Translations under genes and position numbers: made by a program
Shown here: one piece after another, positions 10,961-24,948 of the stretch
How the letters are laid out: every line of letters starts with the position of its first letter
How positions within the stretch are numbered: the stretch's first letter is position 1
The notes under the pieces: model-generated
Told to the model about the DNA's origin: nothing
What the model saw: the letters and a program-made list of their open reading frames with translations, nothing else
Database searches by the model: none
DNA from: Paraspadella gotoi
Taxonomy: Eukaryota > Animalia > Chaetognatha
Direction: 5' to 3'
DNA: 64,000 bases
NCBI GenBank assembly: GCA_051294375.1
Contig: CM119269.1
Span: 20,569,665 to 20,633,664 of the forward strand

Positions 10961-13364
10961 AGAGAGGAAGAGAGGAGAGAGAGAGATACATCTTAAAACT
11001 TAAAGAACTCTCAAACTTCTAAATTTAAAACAAAAAGCAACCTGAAAAATGAATATTTCGCCGACGCATTGGTGGAGTAAAACCTTTTCAATAGAATTTT
11101 AATTAATTTTGATGATTTTTTTTTTAACACAAAAGAAAAATGTAAATTTTCTTTTTTACATTTTGGAGCGGCATTAAAGCGCGACAAGGAACAAGATATT
11201 GTCAAAGGACAAAGGCTCCTCGCGAAATTATTTTTTAAATATTGCCAGTAAATAACTGGTTCTCGAAGCAGAATTTTGGACAAAAACAAACTCATTCATT
11301 TTAAAATCATTAAGAGAATCATTAATTATAATGGTTAGATTCATATTTATATGTTTTTTTAACGTATTTCAAGAGATATTTACGAATCTTAATCGCATTT
11401 AAAAGTTTAGTGTGACAAAAGACGAGAAAGTCAGGTATAAAATTAGAGAGAGGTACCTTATGTATTGTGACATAAAAAAAAAAAAATGGCCGGAGAGGAT
11501 ACAAGTTGCTTCCTCTACCTATATGTTTTTTAAACATTTTCTCTGCATACATAATCATTACGTACAACCACATTTTTTCCATAGCAGGTCGAATTCTTTT
11601 GGCTTTTATCTTTACTATTTCATCGTTTCTTCAAGCCAACTTGATCAAACTCATCTCGCGGGGGGAACGCCAACGTCTCATGGAAATCCAAGTATTCTCT
11701 AACCGAAGTTTTCTCGTAGCAGACGCTGGGGAGTCCCTCGCTGGAACCGTACGTATGCATAAATTAGTAAACCATAAGATGCTTCGAATGCATATTATAG
11801 TATATGTCATAAAAATAGTTTTTTTACATTTTTGACCAACTTAATAAAAACATTTTGAAAAAGAATTTATATTTTCTTATATCAATCAACTTTTGCCAGG
11901 GATCCAAATCCGGATCTTAAAATTTAAAAATTTGCATTTTGAAATTTTAGCTATTATATACTTATTACTATATAAAAAATTAAACTCACTGGTTCCCACT
12001 ATTGTGTAAAATTAAAAAAATAAAATTTAACAAAATATTTTATTGGTTTTGTTTTCATATTCTATATGCTATAATTCGTTTTATAAAATTTTATTATTTT
12101 CACATCACCTCTACTCCTCAAACCTTCTCCATTTGGCTTTCGACCACGATTTTTCTCACTCCTCCATCTGCTTCCCTTCAGGCGTCAAATCCCGAAATAC
12201 CCCGTTAGAGTCGTCCACCGTTATGGCGCGGCGCCTTCAACAAAGCGACGCTCATCGACGCCGGTTTCGAGTGACGCATCGCGGTTACAACCATTGTTTT
12301 GCCAGTTGATATAAATTTAATTTGCAGAATTAAAAAATTTTCAATTTTGCGAAAGTCAGTTTTTTCCTTAAATTGCTTGTTTATTTAAAATTTCTTTTTT
12401 TTCCGCGATTTTTATTTAAATATTCTTAGCTAAACTGTTAATGTAGTTTTCCTTTTGGCTTTTCACGTTGGTTTAGTTTAGTTCAACATTCGTTATTTCC
12501 TTTCGTTTCGTTTGTGTTTAAATAGTTCAAATAATTATCGTTGTTGTTGTTGTTATTGTCGTTTTTTCCAAGGGATTAACGCCTCCGGACTCGGGACTTA
12601 ATGAGCCAAGAACAAATGGCCTCAGACTTGATGAATGGTAACTCGCGCTTTCGTTTCCCGAGATGCCCGAGAAAACCATTCATTAATCTATTTATTCATT
12701 AAATTTAGTTCGCATATTTCTTTATTTTTAGCGGTTGAAAAACTCAACAGCTATTTAAAATTTGATATGTATATGTTTCGAATATGATAAGTTGTTTTAG
12801 GGATTGTCTTTATTTTCATTCATCGTTTATGGTCTATTGATTTCCTGTTCTGAATGGTCAGTTTTTTCCGTCTTTTTTTATACCGGGTCTACAGTTTTTA
12901 ACAACACCAAGTATCTGCAGCCTTATGAAGTTTAACGACATAATTTTCTCAGCTTCTGAGAAAAAAAAAATTAGTTTAAATTAATCGCCGATTTTAATTT
13001 AAACGTGACGAGCGATGAGAAATACCCAAAAACATCGTGTAAATATATCGTTTTAGATTTATTATAAAACTCCAGAAAACCTTAAGAAATATATATTTCA
13101 ACAATTCCACATTTATAGTTTCTCCTATCACCGATGGTACAACGACGTCAAAACAGCTCAATTACAAGCGGATCCATAACAATTTCTTTTAATATATTTT
13201 TTAAATTGATATTAATCTTGTCTTATTACCAATAAAATTTTTTCAATTTTTACATTGACTGCATTTCCTTTACTTATACAAACAGTTGAATCATATCATT
13301 TAACCGATAATTCATTTGTGGTAGATAATAAACTAAATTAATTGCTTCGTCGATTTTGTTCGAT

Positions 13365-16300
13365 TCATCCGGAAATTTCTTCTTCTTCGGCGCGACCAAT
13401 GGGCTCTTCTTTCGAACCACCTGCTCGTCTGGTTCTAAAAAAATAATAAAAACAATTTAATTGAAAACCCGTTAAAGATAGAAAAACGTTTTTACCTCAT
13501 CACCTGGTCCATCATAGTGATTAAAAATAGCCTTTTGTATACTAAATGGTCCAAATTTTTTTTTTTTATTGACTTAACGATATTCCTTGATTTCAGGAGT
13601 TCTCTCAGCTTATTCCGCACCAATAGTTTGGGTGTCCGAGTCGACCAAAGGGTTTTCGGCCCGTCCCGCAATGAAGGCGATCATTTTTAGAAACAATTGC
13701 AAGAATCGCGACTTTTTTCGAAGAAACATTTTGTTAATGGTTTTTACTAAAAATTAGGGTAAAAAGGAATTGTATCGTTGCATTCTGTACAATGAAGGGT
13801 TGTGACAAAAGAGATTATTCAGAGTATAAAATACGGTTTTTCTGATGAATTAAAATAAAAGCCGTTTTAAAAAAATGTCTGAAAAAGTAATAAAAAAACA
13901 GTTTTGAAATTTTCTTACAGGATTTAGTGTTGAATGAGAAACCGACTAAAAAACCCGGGACGCCTGGTTAAACGAGAAACCGGTTGTTATCCCGGAAAAT
14001 AAATAAAAAAATTCCTAAACCTTTATAAAAAAATGTCTTCATTAATTTTTCTTGCAGGTGTTTAATCGTGTTTAATCCGTGACTGCATGAGTTTAAATTT
14101 CACAATCCTTCACAATCTCTTTCATCTTCTTCCCTTCTTCCTCTTCCTCATTCTTGTCCAACATTTCTGTCCTTTTCTTCAATTCCACGGCCTCGTCACC
14201 CACCTCCTCCACATCAGCGAATCCCTTTCCAACTCCCTCCAATCCTCCTCGTTCAACTTCTCCAACTCCTCGTCGACGATTTCCCCGTCTCGGTCTCTAT
14301 CGAGGTCGTTCAAAGACTCGTTGCCGAAAAGAGAGAATGCCGAGCTTCCAAGTCTCAGGCGCGTCTATATTGTGGAGGGGTGGAAAGAAAGATTGTTATG
14401 TATAGATCGCTTTAGCGATATACTATATCCCTTAAAAAACATTCCAAACTATTATTTTATTTTTAAAAAAATGTTTTTTTCAAGTTACAAAATATTATTT
14501 GAGCCGCAGTAACTGTTCAGTTTAAGCAATTGAATTGGCCGATTCACCTCACGCATCATTCGCTCAAACTTACTTTGCTAGTCATTCATTATCACTCTAA
14601 ACCACTTTTCCTGCGCAAGACAAATTCACTTTCCGTCTTCCCACAATCTCACCTTCCAAAATGATTCTGTCGGCGAAAGTGTCAAGTCATGTGGCTCTCC
14701 CAGTAAGTCTGTAACGTGAGTTGGTTCGTGATTCGTCGACGACTTTTGCCGACGAACTCCTTGAGGCCGCCAAACTCTTTCTTCGTCCAAGACGACGTCA
14801 GCGAAGGTGAGACTTTGGTTCATGGATTTGACTCCGGAGCAAGCGGTCAAGTTCGCCTTTAGAGATTAGAATTAAAACACCGTTCGTTGGGTTTCATGCA
14901 CGATTTCTTTTGTGTGGGGGATGGGCTTTTTTTTTAGTCAGGCTGAGGTATTGTACACTGTACAATTGTGTACCATGTACAGTTATGTGCAAAAAAAAAT
15001 AAATAAAAAAAAAAAAAAAAAAAAACGCGCTACTTTTATATAAGCCATTTAAAGGAGAAAAACTCATATCGGACCTAAAATTCACCCTGTATACTTGAAT
15101 TTTTAACTTTTTAAAAATAAATTAAATTTATTGAAAAATATAAAGATTTAGCATTTAGGAAGAAAAAACAATTTGTTTTTAACAAACGAATTGTATTATA
15201 AAGAGTTTAGCATAAAATTTGTAAAAAAATCGGGGCCATCTGTTTGGGAGCAGTGATTTTTTTAAAATTTGATGAGGGGAAGAAAAAAAAATGACGGACT
15301 AAAAAAAAAAAAAAAAAAAAATGACCCGAAATTCAGGTAAAGTCAATCGCTTGAACGATTTACAAAAAAAACAAAGAATAAAAAATCATGAATTCTGATC
15401 TACTTTCAATTTTCTTGTTTCATTTTAATTCGGACTTGTTTGAAACCAGTTAGCGAGGTAGTTAAAAGGTGAATGAGACTCGCACATTACTTTCAAAAGT
15501 AAGTTAATAAACTTTTCCCCCTGGATTTTAGAAAATAAGATTCAAGTTTTTTAAAACTTTTAAACGCCTTCACATTGGAAAACTGGACCGAGAAGTTAAA
15601 AACGGGAAAGGAAAGGACGAAAAAATATTTCTAATTAACAATTTTTGGTTTTCCGTCCCATTCTCCGACCTGTTTCCACCGCCTCCCGCTTCCAAAAGAC
15701 GTTGACGGCGATGTTCCTCTCGAAGGATCTGACTTGATGAATGAAAATTGAAAGGGATGTAGAGGCAATTCTCCGGCGGGAGACGTTGGGCGAAATAGAA
15801 TTCCGTCACCGAAATGCAATCTGGGGATTTTCCAAAGTGATGAAATTACGGCGTTTCCAACGTCCCAGGTGAAGAAGGTTCCCTTTTCTTGTCGTCCAAT
15901 TTCAGGAGGGGAAAATCTAGAGCAGGAAATAAAAGGATAGCGAAGAATGGATGTAAATTTGAATGGTTATAAAAAAAATATTTATATATCGTTTTTTCAT
16001 TTACAGGTTACTTTTCAAACGAGTTATTGACATGTACGACATTTTACGTACATAAAAGAAAAAAGAAGAGGGCAACTCACTTTCTTGGGTCAACGATGGA
16101 CAAATTGTTTGTAGCCCAACGACGCAGTTTGATGTGTGTCGAAGGATCCGTGTGTACGAATCCGCCTGGTCCCGCCGCTCGAATCAAATTGATTGCGAGG
16201 AGGGAAGGAATAGGAAAGAGCTCCGGGACACTGAGGAGAAAAATTATTGATTAAAGGCTTGCTTATGTTATTATAAGCAAGAGGACTATAAAGGGATAAA

Positions 16301-17010
16301 AGATGGAAATAAGGAAAGGTTAAGGAAGTGTATTTGTTCATGTCATTGTCGGGCGTCTTGTCATTTGTCATGTACAACGTCAATAACGAGAAAATACACC
16401 GGCAAAAAATAAATAGTCATGCGGGCGGACACATTGGCGGATGAATACCGATCTGTTTCTTCTTTCATTAATTTAACTTTATGGAACAAATGTTTATACT
16501 TCTATAATTATGTTATTATTATATTTCTGTACAACAAGATTAAATGTGTACCATGTATACTACAATAACAATAACTAAATATATAATAGTGTTTCAATAT
16601 AGAAATTAATCATTTCTTTAGTTTAGTCGTAAATAAAGCCTGGAAGTCATTTAAGTAAGAAACCTAATAATAGAGATTACAATGGATGAGGGGCTATGTG
16701 GCATAAGTGAAGAAAAGTTGACATGAGTGAGTGAAGAGAGAACCGCTCAAAAGGGCTGGCGCCACCCACCTCGGGCCCGGGCAAAATGTGGAGGACGGCG
16801 TGTCCGGGCGAAGATGCGCGGGCAATTGTGGGACCAGATAAACCAGGGAATCTCCGTGTTAGTGGTCTCGAAAAAAGAATTTCAAGGATTGACGATTCTA
16901 AAGCGCTCGGGTAGGTAGTGCTGATATCGGTCGGATTGTCTTCTTCTCTCGACTACGAGTTTGCTCAAAAACAGAGCCACCGTTGTGTGGTTCGGGATCT
17001 TTCAAGTTTT
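13365..17010 (-). pseudogene. Frameshifted mirror copies of peptide precursor B (13365-13729) and JmjC exons (~14118-17010) in the right arm
   Basis: Reverse-complement matches with many indels; probably not real genes. Confidence 0.6.
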
Positions 17011-18504
17011 AATACTATGGTCGAGATATAAATAATAAAAAAAAGAAGGGAAAAGAAAAACTTGGAGTGTCTCGTCTACAGAGAAGATCACGGCATATGT
17101 GGATTTGTCACAGTGGGCTAAGAACGCTCGTATATCCCTTTGGCATCATACAATCTGTTGCGACCTATGCCCTCACTATACCTCATCCTTGCACTCTGGT
17201 GGCAGTCTCATAGTTGCGACTGTTCTGGCCTGTATTATGTCTACATCGCTCACAGGACCTACCTCTCCCTCCTCCTGTCAGGGGCAAGTCGTTTTTGGCG
17301 AACGCTCAGACCGCTCAGGAGCACAGTGAGTCGCTAGCCATTAGTCATGCTACAAGGGTTCATAGAGTACTTCGCAGCTCAACAACTCGTTGAACGTCCA
17401 ATCCTTTGTACTTAAGTGTGCACTTCCGTCCTCTCGGTGCGCCCTGGGGATTCGATTTAGATTGTGTAAATGCTGAGGGAAGGGTTGAGAAATCTTTTCT
17501 CTGATCTTCAAGTGTTGTAGGTGGGACTGGAGTCGTGCCATTCCCCCTCCCATCCTCTGAAGGCCGTAGTGCATAGCTATGGCGCGCATCGTTTGTGATG
17601 GTTCGATTATATCGCCTCTCCTGCCGGGTCACGAGATATGTGTAGCGGTTCGAAGAGCGTCGTGTCTATGGCTCAGATAATCGCACAATCAGTACTAAAA
17701 CCTCTAGTAATTTAGAACCGAGAGTTTTGGTCATTGGGCCAAGCAACAACCCGGGTTGTCTCCTCGACGAGGATACGGTTTTCCGGCAACGACGACAGTC
17801 AGTTTCTCTGAACAGATGGCCAGAATTTTGCCGTGTGCTCGCAATGGCCCGATAGTAATGACCAGTGGGTCCCATATGGCTTTGTGTGCTTGCTTGAACC
17901 GATCTGTCAGAGACTTTCCTTGTCTCCACCCACGTATCGTTGCTGTGCTAGGGCTTGGTGTGCCCTTCCCTGCACAGGCCGCCCAGTAGACGGCTCTGAT
18001 GTTTTCGGTTCTGGGCGATTTTGTCCCCGATTCTTTGGTTCGGTTCTATCACTCAATGTGCTTCGTCACGTATAAGAGAGAATTTCGCGACAGGGCGTCG
18101 ATGCAGCTCGCCGACTGGATATCCCCTGGCTTTTGCCAGCACCCGCACCAGTGCTTCAGTGATCCCCTGGTTGGTAGGGGAGGGAGACATGACCCACGTT
18201 CTGAGACGCTTCTGCTTAATCTCCCACTGCGCTGTGGTGGGCGCGGTCGGTCCTTNNNNNNNNNNNNNNNNNNNNNNNNNCTCTCTCTCTCATTTTCCTT
18301 TTTATAACTTCCATCTCGTACAAAAACATCGGCACAAAAGAAACGTTGAATGGAACGAGGAAGAAAAAAAAAGAAGGACTGAAACAGGAATTTTTGTGGG
18401 GGTGATATGAGGAAGGAGGTAACAGAAATAAATAAGAAGAAAAAACACCGCTAATGAAACAGATTTGTACTCAAATTGAGAGAAAAATATGAAGAATGAG
18501 TAAA

Positions 18505-18511
18505 AGAAAAA

Positions 18512-18607
<96 letters not shown>

Positions 18608-18640
18608 AAAAGACAGACAGACAGACAGACAGACAGACCG
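18505..18640. repeat. (AAAG)n then (AGAC)n microsatellite; another (AAAG)n at 20330-20440
   Basis: Direct observation. Confidence 0.95.
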
Positions 18641-18717
18641 ACAAAAGGAGGGGAAAAAAAGAAGTCGGGAAATGATAGAATAGAGTGAATACCTGGAGTA
18701 AACCCAGCCCTCTCCAG

Positions 18718-18870
18718 GCATCTGGCAAAGACAACCATTACAAAGAAGATACCTTCTTCTTTTCCGGCGCTGAATATAATCAAAAACCGGCGGTTAAAGA
18801 CGGTCCCCCGCGCAAAGAAGGAAAATCCGGCGCCAAGAGGAAAAATCCGGCGGTGGAAGAGGAGGCGTGA
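18718..18870 (+). CDS. Possible terminal exon of an unidentified gene
   Basis: CTCTCCAG acceptor followed by open frame ASGKDNHYKEDTFFFSGAEYNQKPAVKDGPPRKEGKSGAKRKNPAVEEEA*. Upstream exons not found (gap and noise-like sequence upstream). Confidence 0.3.
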   Translation, partial: ASGKDNHYKEDTFFFSGAEYNQKPAVKDGPPRKEGKSGAKRKNPAVEEEA

Positions 18871-19045
18871 GCTTGTACTAAGATGAACTAGAATCGGCCA
18901 CTGAACACTGAGTAGGCTTCAAGGAGGTAGAATGCCAAGAGCATGAGAACCAGAAGAGAAGTAGATTTCAGGAGAATTTGAAAGAAATAAGATTCGAGAT
19001 ATTTCATATGATCCGAAATCAACCTATTCAGCTGATTTCCTCTTT

Positions 19046-19120
<75 letters not shown>

Positions 19121-20330
19121 ACATTCACAAACGCCGGTCTCTCTCTTTTTCCCTTACCTGAAAGCATTTTCGGTCAAATCTCTTCAGGCTCTTCCTTACC
19201 TAAAACCTTTCTTTCTTAGCAGGGATGGACAGATCAGGCATTCGGTTTTTCAACTCTCTAAAGGCTTGCAGGATTCAACCAATCTTTCTCGGAAAGACTG
19301 TTTCACTAGTGTGTTTAATACCTAGATTTTTCGTTCATAACTTCGTTCATCGATTCGTTTATCTATTATTCATCACATCGAAATACAAAGATATTTTTCT
19401 ACATTTTTTCTTGATTTCTTCCTGATTTATTTCATATTCGAGATTTTACATTCTCAGTAGCTTTACAGCTCTCTCCACGTTAAAGAATTGCATCCCCGAC
19501 GAGCCTTCGGTCGAAATCTCCAGAATACCCCAGAGTTGAGGCAAAGGATTCGACAGCAGCACCGAGCTGCGCGGTATCGTGCCGCCGCGGCGCCGCGCGA
19601 AAATCGAAATCGTAAAAACGGAAAATGAGGGGAGATAATTCGTGGCGCCGTTTGGGAAGGAAGAGGGAAGAAGGTGAGCTGAGGGAAAACTGCTGAAAAA
19701 GAAAGTTGGAAATCCAAGAGAATTTAAAAGAAATCTCCGGAAATTATTTGTTTTTTTGTATATCTCCGGACATTTTTTTCGAATTTTTCAAACAATTTTT
19801 TTCTACGCACGGTTAGAAAATTCACGGTAAAAGAGTAATTTCAAATCTCAGCTATATGAATTACTACTTTTAACCCATAACACTTTTCGATCGGATTAAA
19901 CGTTGAAGTGTTAGCGAATATGGGCCTCGTATCTTTGGCCTTAATGGCGCAACATTTTATGGTGCGCTTGTTGCTGCCAATTGAGTTTCATTAGTTGGCA
20001 ATTGCTCTGCGACGCTACGCCACCTGCCGCAAAGTTTCGAGACTCACGCGGCTTCAATTTATGGCGAAATTGGCGAAATTGGAATTTTCTTACACAAAAA
20101 AAATAGTATTAACAATGGAATATTCACCATTTCATTTAAGAGTGTGATTTCTGTGACCTCAATTATAATAATGTATTGTGGGTCGTCTGTCTATCGCCTA
20201 GCCAAAGTGACTTATGGCTCTTACCTTGAGGTTTTAGTTGTTGACGTTTCTTTATTTATGGAAAAAAAAAATAAAAAGAATGAATAAAAAAAAGAACAAC
20301 ACAAAGAACGAAAAGACGAAAAAAGAAAAG

Positions 20331-20425
<95 letters not shown>

Positions 20426-21069
20426 AGGAAAGAAAGAAAGAAATAAAGATATAAGGGAAAAAAGAAAAAAATGAGAAAAAGAAAAAAGAAAAAAAGAAAA
20501 AAAGAAAAAAAGAAACAAAGAAAGAAACAAAGAGAGAAAGAAACGAAGAAAAAAAAAGAAAGAAAAAGGAAGAAAAATTAAAAAAAAAAGATAGACTATT
20601 TGCCCTGAACGGCGCGAGGGAGAAAAAGCGCAAAAAAACCGATTTGGTTTGGCTTCTTTTCTCATTTTCGCGTTTTGGCCTCAAATCCTTAGCCGTCTCT
20701 GATTCTCTCTGATTCTCTCTGATTCTCGTTTGACCAAAGTCTTCGCCTTTATTGCGCTCAGATCAAATCCTCACCATCAGATTTTTGCGACTGTGAGACC
20801 TTTTTAACGAGAGGGGGACTCAAGTAGGTATTTAACGAGCAAAGTGACAGTGTTCAAATGTTCAATATTTGTAAGGATGACCAAGAACAACACTGATTTT
20901 TGACCCGTTATATATATTTTTTTTAACTTGCTCTTGGGTAATATACAATACAAAAAAGTAGCGCAATGACGCAATAATAACTAGATTGAATATTCTGATA
21001 TTTTTTTTTTATATATAAATGAGAGGATGATTTATCTTTTTCGCTGGTTTCTGCGTTATTTTGAAAGAT

Positions 21070-21104
<35 letters not shown>

Positions 21105-21967
21105 AAGGGAGATGGAATTTGCTATGGACGCGTGAACGATAGCGTCAGTTAGCGAGACTAAGCCGCCGCCGACAGCGACGACCATCATGGTGACGACGCC
21201 AACGACGACGTCGACGACATCGACGACGACGACAATTAAGACGAAAACGGTATTTCTTTCACGTGATTCCCGTTATTTCACAAGAGGATCACGAGTTTAA
21301 CGAAATCGCGCGAATTTCAACGCGTCGGTTTTCTTTCTTAGATCGTACCAAAATAAAGAAAAATATCAAAAGAGGAAACAAACGTAAAAATACCAAAAAA
21401 ACGGATTAAATTTATCAGCAAACGCGCGTCTGAGCCGCTGATTCGCAGAAGAGTAAGTGTCATCGGGTGATTGTACGATTTTTGTGTCCGTGAAACCCGG
21501 CGGTGAAATTAAAACTAATTTGCGATCACGACGACCTCGAGATGATTTAATAAATGTTCTTAATAGCTTTCATTACAGTCACAATTAATAGTGTGATCAC
21601 ATATTTTAGATTAGCATAGAAGGAGAGAGAGAGAGAGAGATGGGGAGACGTGAGCGGGTAGATTACAGATTCGAAATCTAAAATTAAATAAATGGATTTT
21701 AATCAGTTTTAGCTCGCCGTCGCAATATGTCGTCTTTTTGAGACCTTTGTATTTCAAAACCGATTATACTTTATAGTCTATACTTGATAGCTAAATATTA
21801 TCTTCTATTCTTTCGAGAACATTGATTTCGTTGCTCTTTACGAATAAATGCAATTTACCATTTAATTATTTGTTTGGACACTATTTTTCGAAACCGTCTC
21901 ATTTCTGTTCCAAGTCTCTGAACTTATTTTATTTTACCTTGATAATTAAGCCTATTTTTTTGAAAAT

Positions 21968-22142
21968 GCTTAATCCAATCCTAAGCTTAAAATAATCCCT
22001 AATTCCAATCCATAATCTATAACCCTAATCCCATACCTGAAACGTTAATCTTTTATCCTTACCCTTAACCCTAATCCTTGAATCCCTAACCTTAATTCCT
22101 AACTAATTTCCCTAACCTAATCGTTATCCCTGTCCCCTAATT
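21968..22142. repeat. Degenerate (CCCTAA)-like tract
   Basis: Repeated ccctaa/cctaat/cttaac variants. Confidence 0.6.
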
Positions 22143-22371
22143 TAATCTTTACACCTGAAAACAAACTTAATTTAAAATTTGGGCCGAAAAGTTGCGCTTT
22201 CCGAAAAGAAGGCCATAATTTTTACTCTTCGATCCCGAAAAGACCGATAATTCGAGAGATGATGATGATGATGATAAAGATCATTGGCAACGCATCTGAG
22301 ACCCCGACTAAAAATTGACCAAGATTTTTTCACGCGAGACGATAGACAAAGGAGTGACTAATTTGGCTTGT

Positions 22372-22403
<32 letters not shown>

Positions 22404-23094
22404 CTACATCTCATTTTTTCTCTCCCTCTCTCTCCCTCTGCCTTTTCCCCGCTTTCTTTCTCATTTCCTTTCCATCTTTCTTTCTTTCTTTCTCATGTAC
22501 TTTTACCCTCTTTCCCTTCCCTCTTGCTCCCCTTGGAAGAGTTGCTCTAAGATAAAATCTTATTTTCTTAATATTCCAGTTCATCATCAAGTGAGATGTT
22601 AAAAATTGGATGAGAAGCAGGTTTTACCTTTTTTTATCCAACGATGAATAATGGATCGATTTTCGTGAGAAGAATTTCCTTTCAACGCCACCGAGTGAAA
22701 ACTTCACTAAAAAAAAAACCCCTAGAATTTCATATTTGATTCAAAGGAAAATCTCATCTTTTGACGCGTTCAGGCATGACGTGGAAGAAAAAAGTCAATA
22801 TTAGCTCTTTGACTTTGTTGTTTTATAATCAGTCAATTTAAATATTAAAAAGGTTTTCGAATTGACATAGTGAGCCTCTCTCTCTCTCTCTCTCTCTCGC
22901 TCTCTGACTCTCAGTCACTGCTTTTATTTTATTATCCCTTATTAAAAACTTTTCATTTTTATTTTCAGATTATATTCAGATTAATTTCCCAATAGTGAAA
23001 AATTATACCAAGCTGTATCTTCTTCAGACTCACAAAAACGTGATTCACAACCCCTAATTTTTTTTCTTGGGAGAGAAGTTCCCACACCTCACCT

Positions 23095-23690
23095 TTAAGC
23101 GACTTGAAGCAAGAGAAGAGAATTTGCTTGAAGCACAGGGTGCGACTTTGATTCGGCGACGGGTGTGACTTAAAACACTGGGTGATACTTTTTATTAGCG
23201 CCGGTTTGTCTGTCTTTGAAAAATGTCTTAATTTTTTAAGCTCATGTAAAATTTGTATTTTTAAGCTCTGTTGGATATATTAATATTCCGATCAGAGCGT
23301 AAAATTTTAAACCAGTTCATTATATAGCCAAATAAAACTTTGTTTAAAATTAAACGCCCAGAGAGACGTGCATATTTATTAACCCTGGATGAGACTTTAT
23401 TTCGCGCCGATTATATTAGGATTTCGTTTTAGCCTGTTGAGATTTTTTGAAGCACCGGGTTTGAGTTTATTTTGGCGCCTAGTGAGACTTCACTTAAGCG
23501 TCAGAGTAAAATATTCAGGGACCAGACTTCCCACAAGCACTGAGTGATTCTTTTCAATTCTTGTGAGACTTCCTTTAGACCGCGGTAATACTCCTTGAAA
23601 CGCCGGGGTGATACTTCTTTTAAGCGGCGGTGTGAGACCACGTTTTCACCGCCGAGAAAGAATTACTCGCTTCGTCGACCGAGTGAAGTG
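23095..23690. repeat. Degenerate ~23-bp minisatellite (consensus roughly ttgaagcrccgggtgwgactt)
   Basis: Recurring units, e.g. ttgaagcacagggtgcgactt, ttgaagcaccgggtttgagttt, ttgaaacgccggggtgatactt. Confidence 0.6.
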
Positions 23691-23892
23691 AGAAGGTGAA
23701 AAACGACTCGTCGCTTGAAACGCGAGCTGAACCCTTGGCAAGAGTACAGTACAGGGTGTTTTTTTAAAAACGACCAACTGCGAAATGTCATTATCGCGTC
23801 CGCGAATGAAGATATCTGGGGAGTTATAAAATATTTTTAAATGGATGATGTACGTATAAAACCCGGTAATTAGCTCAATCTCTCTGAAACAA

Positions 23893-23929
<37 letters not shown>

Positions 23930-23940
23930 TCTCTCATCTA

Positions 23941-23978
<38 letters not shown>

Positions 23979-24086
23979 AAACTGAGACCGTCATTTTTTC
24001 TTAAAGAAGACCAACTGACTTTGAATGTAAAAAACTGGTTTCTTATTTACTGTTATTTATGGTGTTTTTGTTTACTTTTCAGACGA

Positions 24087-24864
24087 ATGGCGAACGAAAA
24101 CATCCCTGGCATTTTTGTTGTGGACCAAAAAAACGAATCTCACCTTCTTGGTATTGGTGGAAATGAAAGTTTACCTAGGTGAGAAGGAGTGGGAGAGAAA
24201 GGGTAGGAAAAACGAGGAAAAGGAATAGGGAAAAGGAGTTGGTGAAAGGACAGAGGGAAATAAATATACCCTGAGAGAAAAAACCTTAGATTGAGAAGGA
24301 AAAAAAGGAAAGAAGAGATTGAGGGGGGAAAAGTAAAGGAAAAAGGTGAGACGTGAAAAAGAAAGTGAAAGGAAAGTAATTGCGAGAAAACAGATGGATC
24401 CTGGAGGATGATAAAATCTCGAGATATATATGGAAGAGAAAGAAATTTGAAAGTAAATGGATAGACAGAGTCCTATGAAAAGTTTTCATCGGAAGCAAAA
24501 AAAAATAGAAGTTTTCTGAAAACAAAAGGTAATAAACTATGTTTTTTTTTGTTTGTTTTTTTTTGTTTGTTTTGTTTGTTTTTTTGCCGTTGGACAAAGC
24601 CAATAAGTATTCTTAGGTAGTAGGTGGAGTCTGAACATTTTCTGAATATTTGAATTGTTTTTTTCAAGTGACTACTACATCTTTTTTAAGTTAATTCGGT
24701 TAATTAAATAGTTTTCGCGATAAAAAAAAATAGTGAAAAAGACCAACGGAGCAAAAGTGGAATCGGAACCAAATAAAAAAAGAGGAAAAAAAAACAGATG
24801 GGAAATAATTGGCGACGAATGATCCTTCGATCCGGGAAAGTCCTTGGTCTTGAAGTAGATTAGC

Positions 24865-24948
<84 letters not shown>

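Larger units (their letters stand above)
3947..17063. repeat. Giant inverted repeat (arms ~3947-10420 and ~10436-17063), probable fold-back chimeric read
   Basis: Right arm is the reverse complement of the left around a (CT)n-cataagaaggacga-(AG)n centre. Differences are mostly indels and increase steadily with distance from the centre. Confidence 0.9.

Noticed and set aside
18302-20684. Phe/Leu/Ser- or Lys/Glu/Arg-rich ORFs
   Set aside because: Translations of (AAAG)n and (CT)n microsatellites.
23095-23690. CRISPR-like array
   Set aside because: Eukaryotic context, degenerate units, no unique spacers or cas genes.
23750-23820. Tc1/mariner-like end TACAGGGTG (also at ~5827)
   Set aside because: No matching opposite terminus or transposase in the window.
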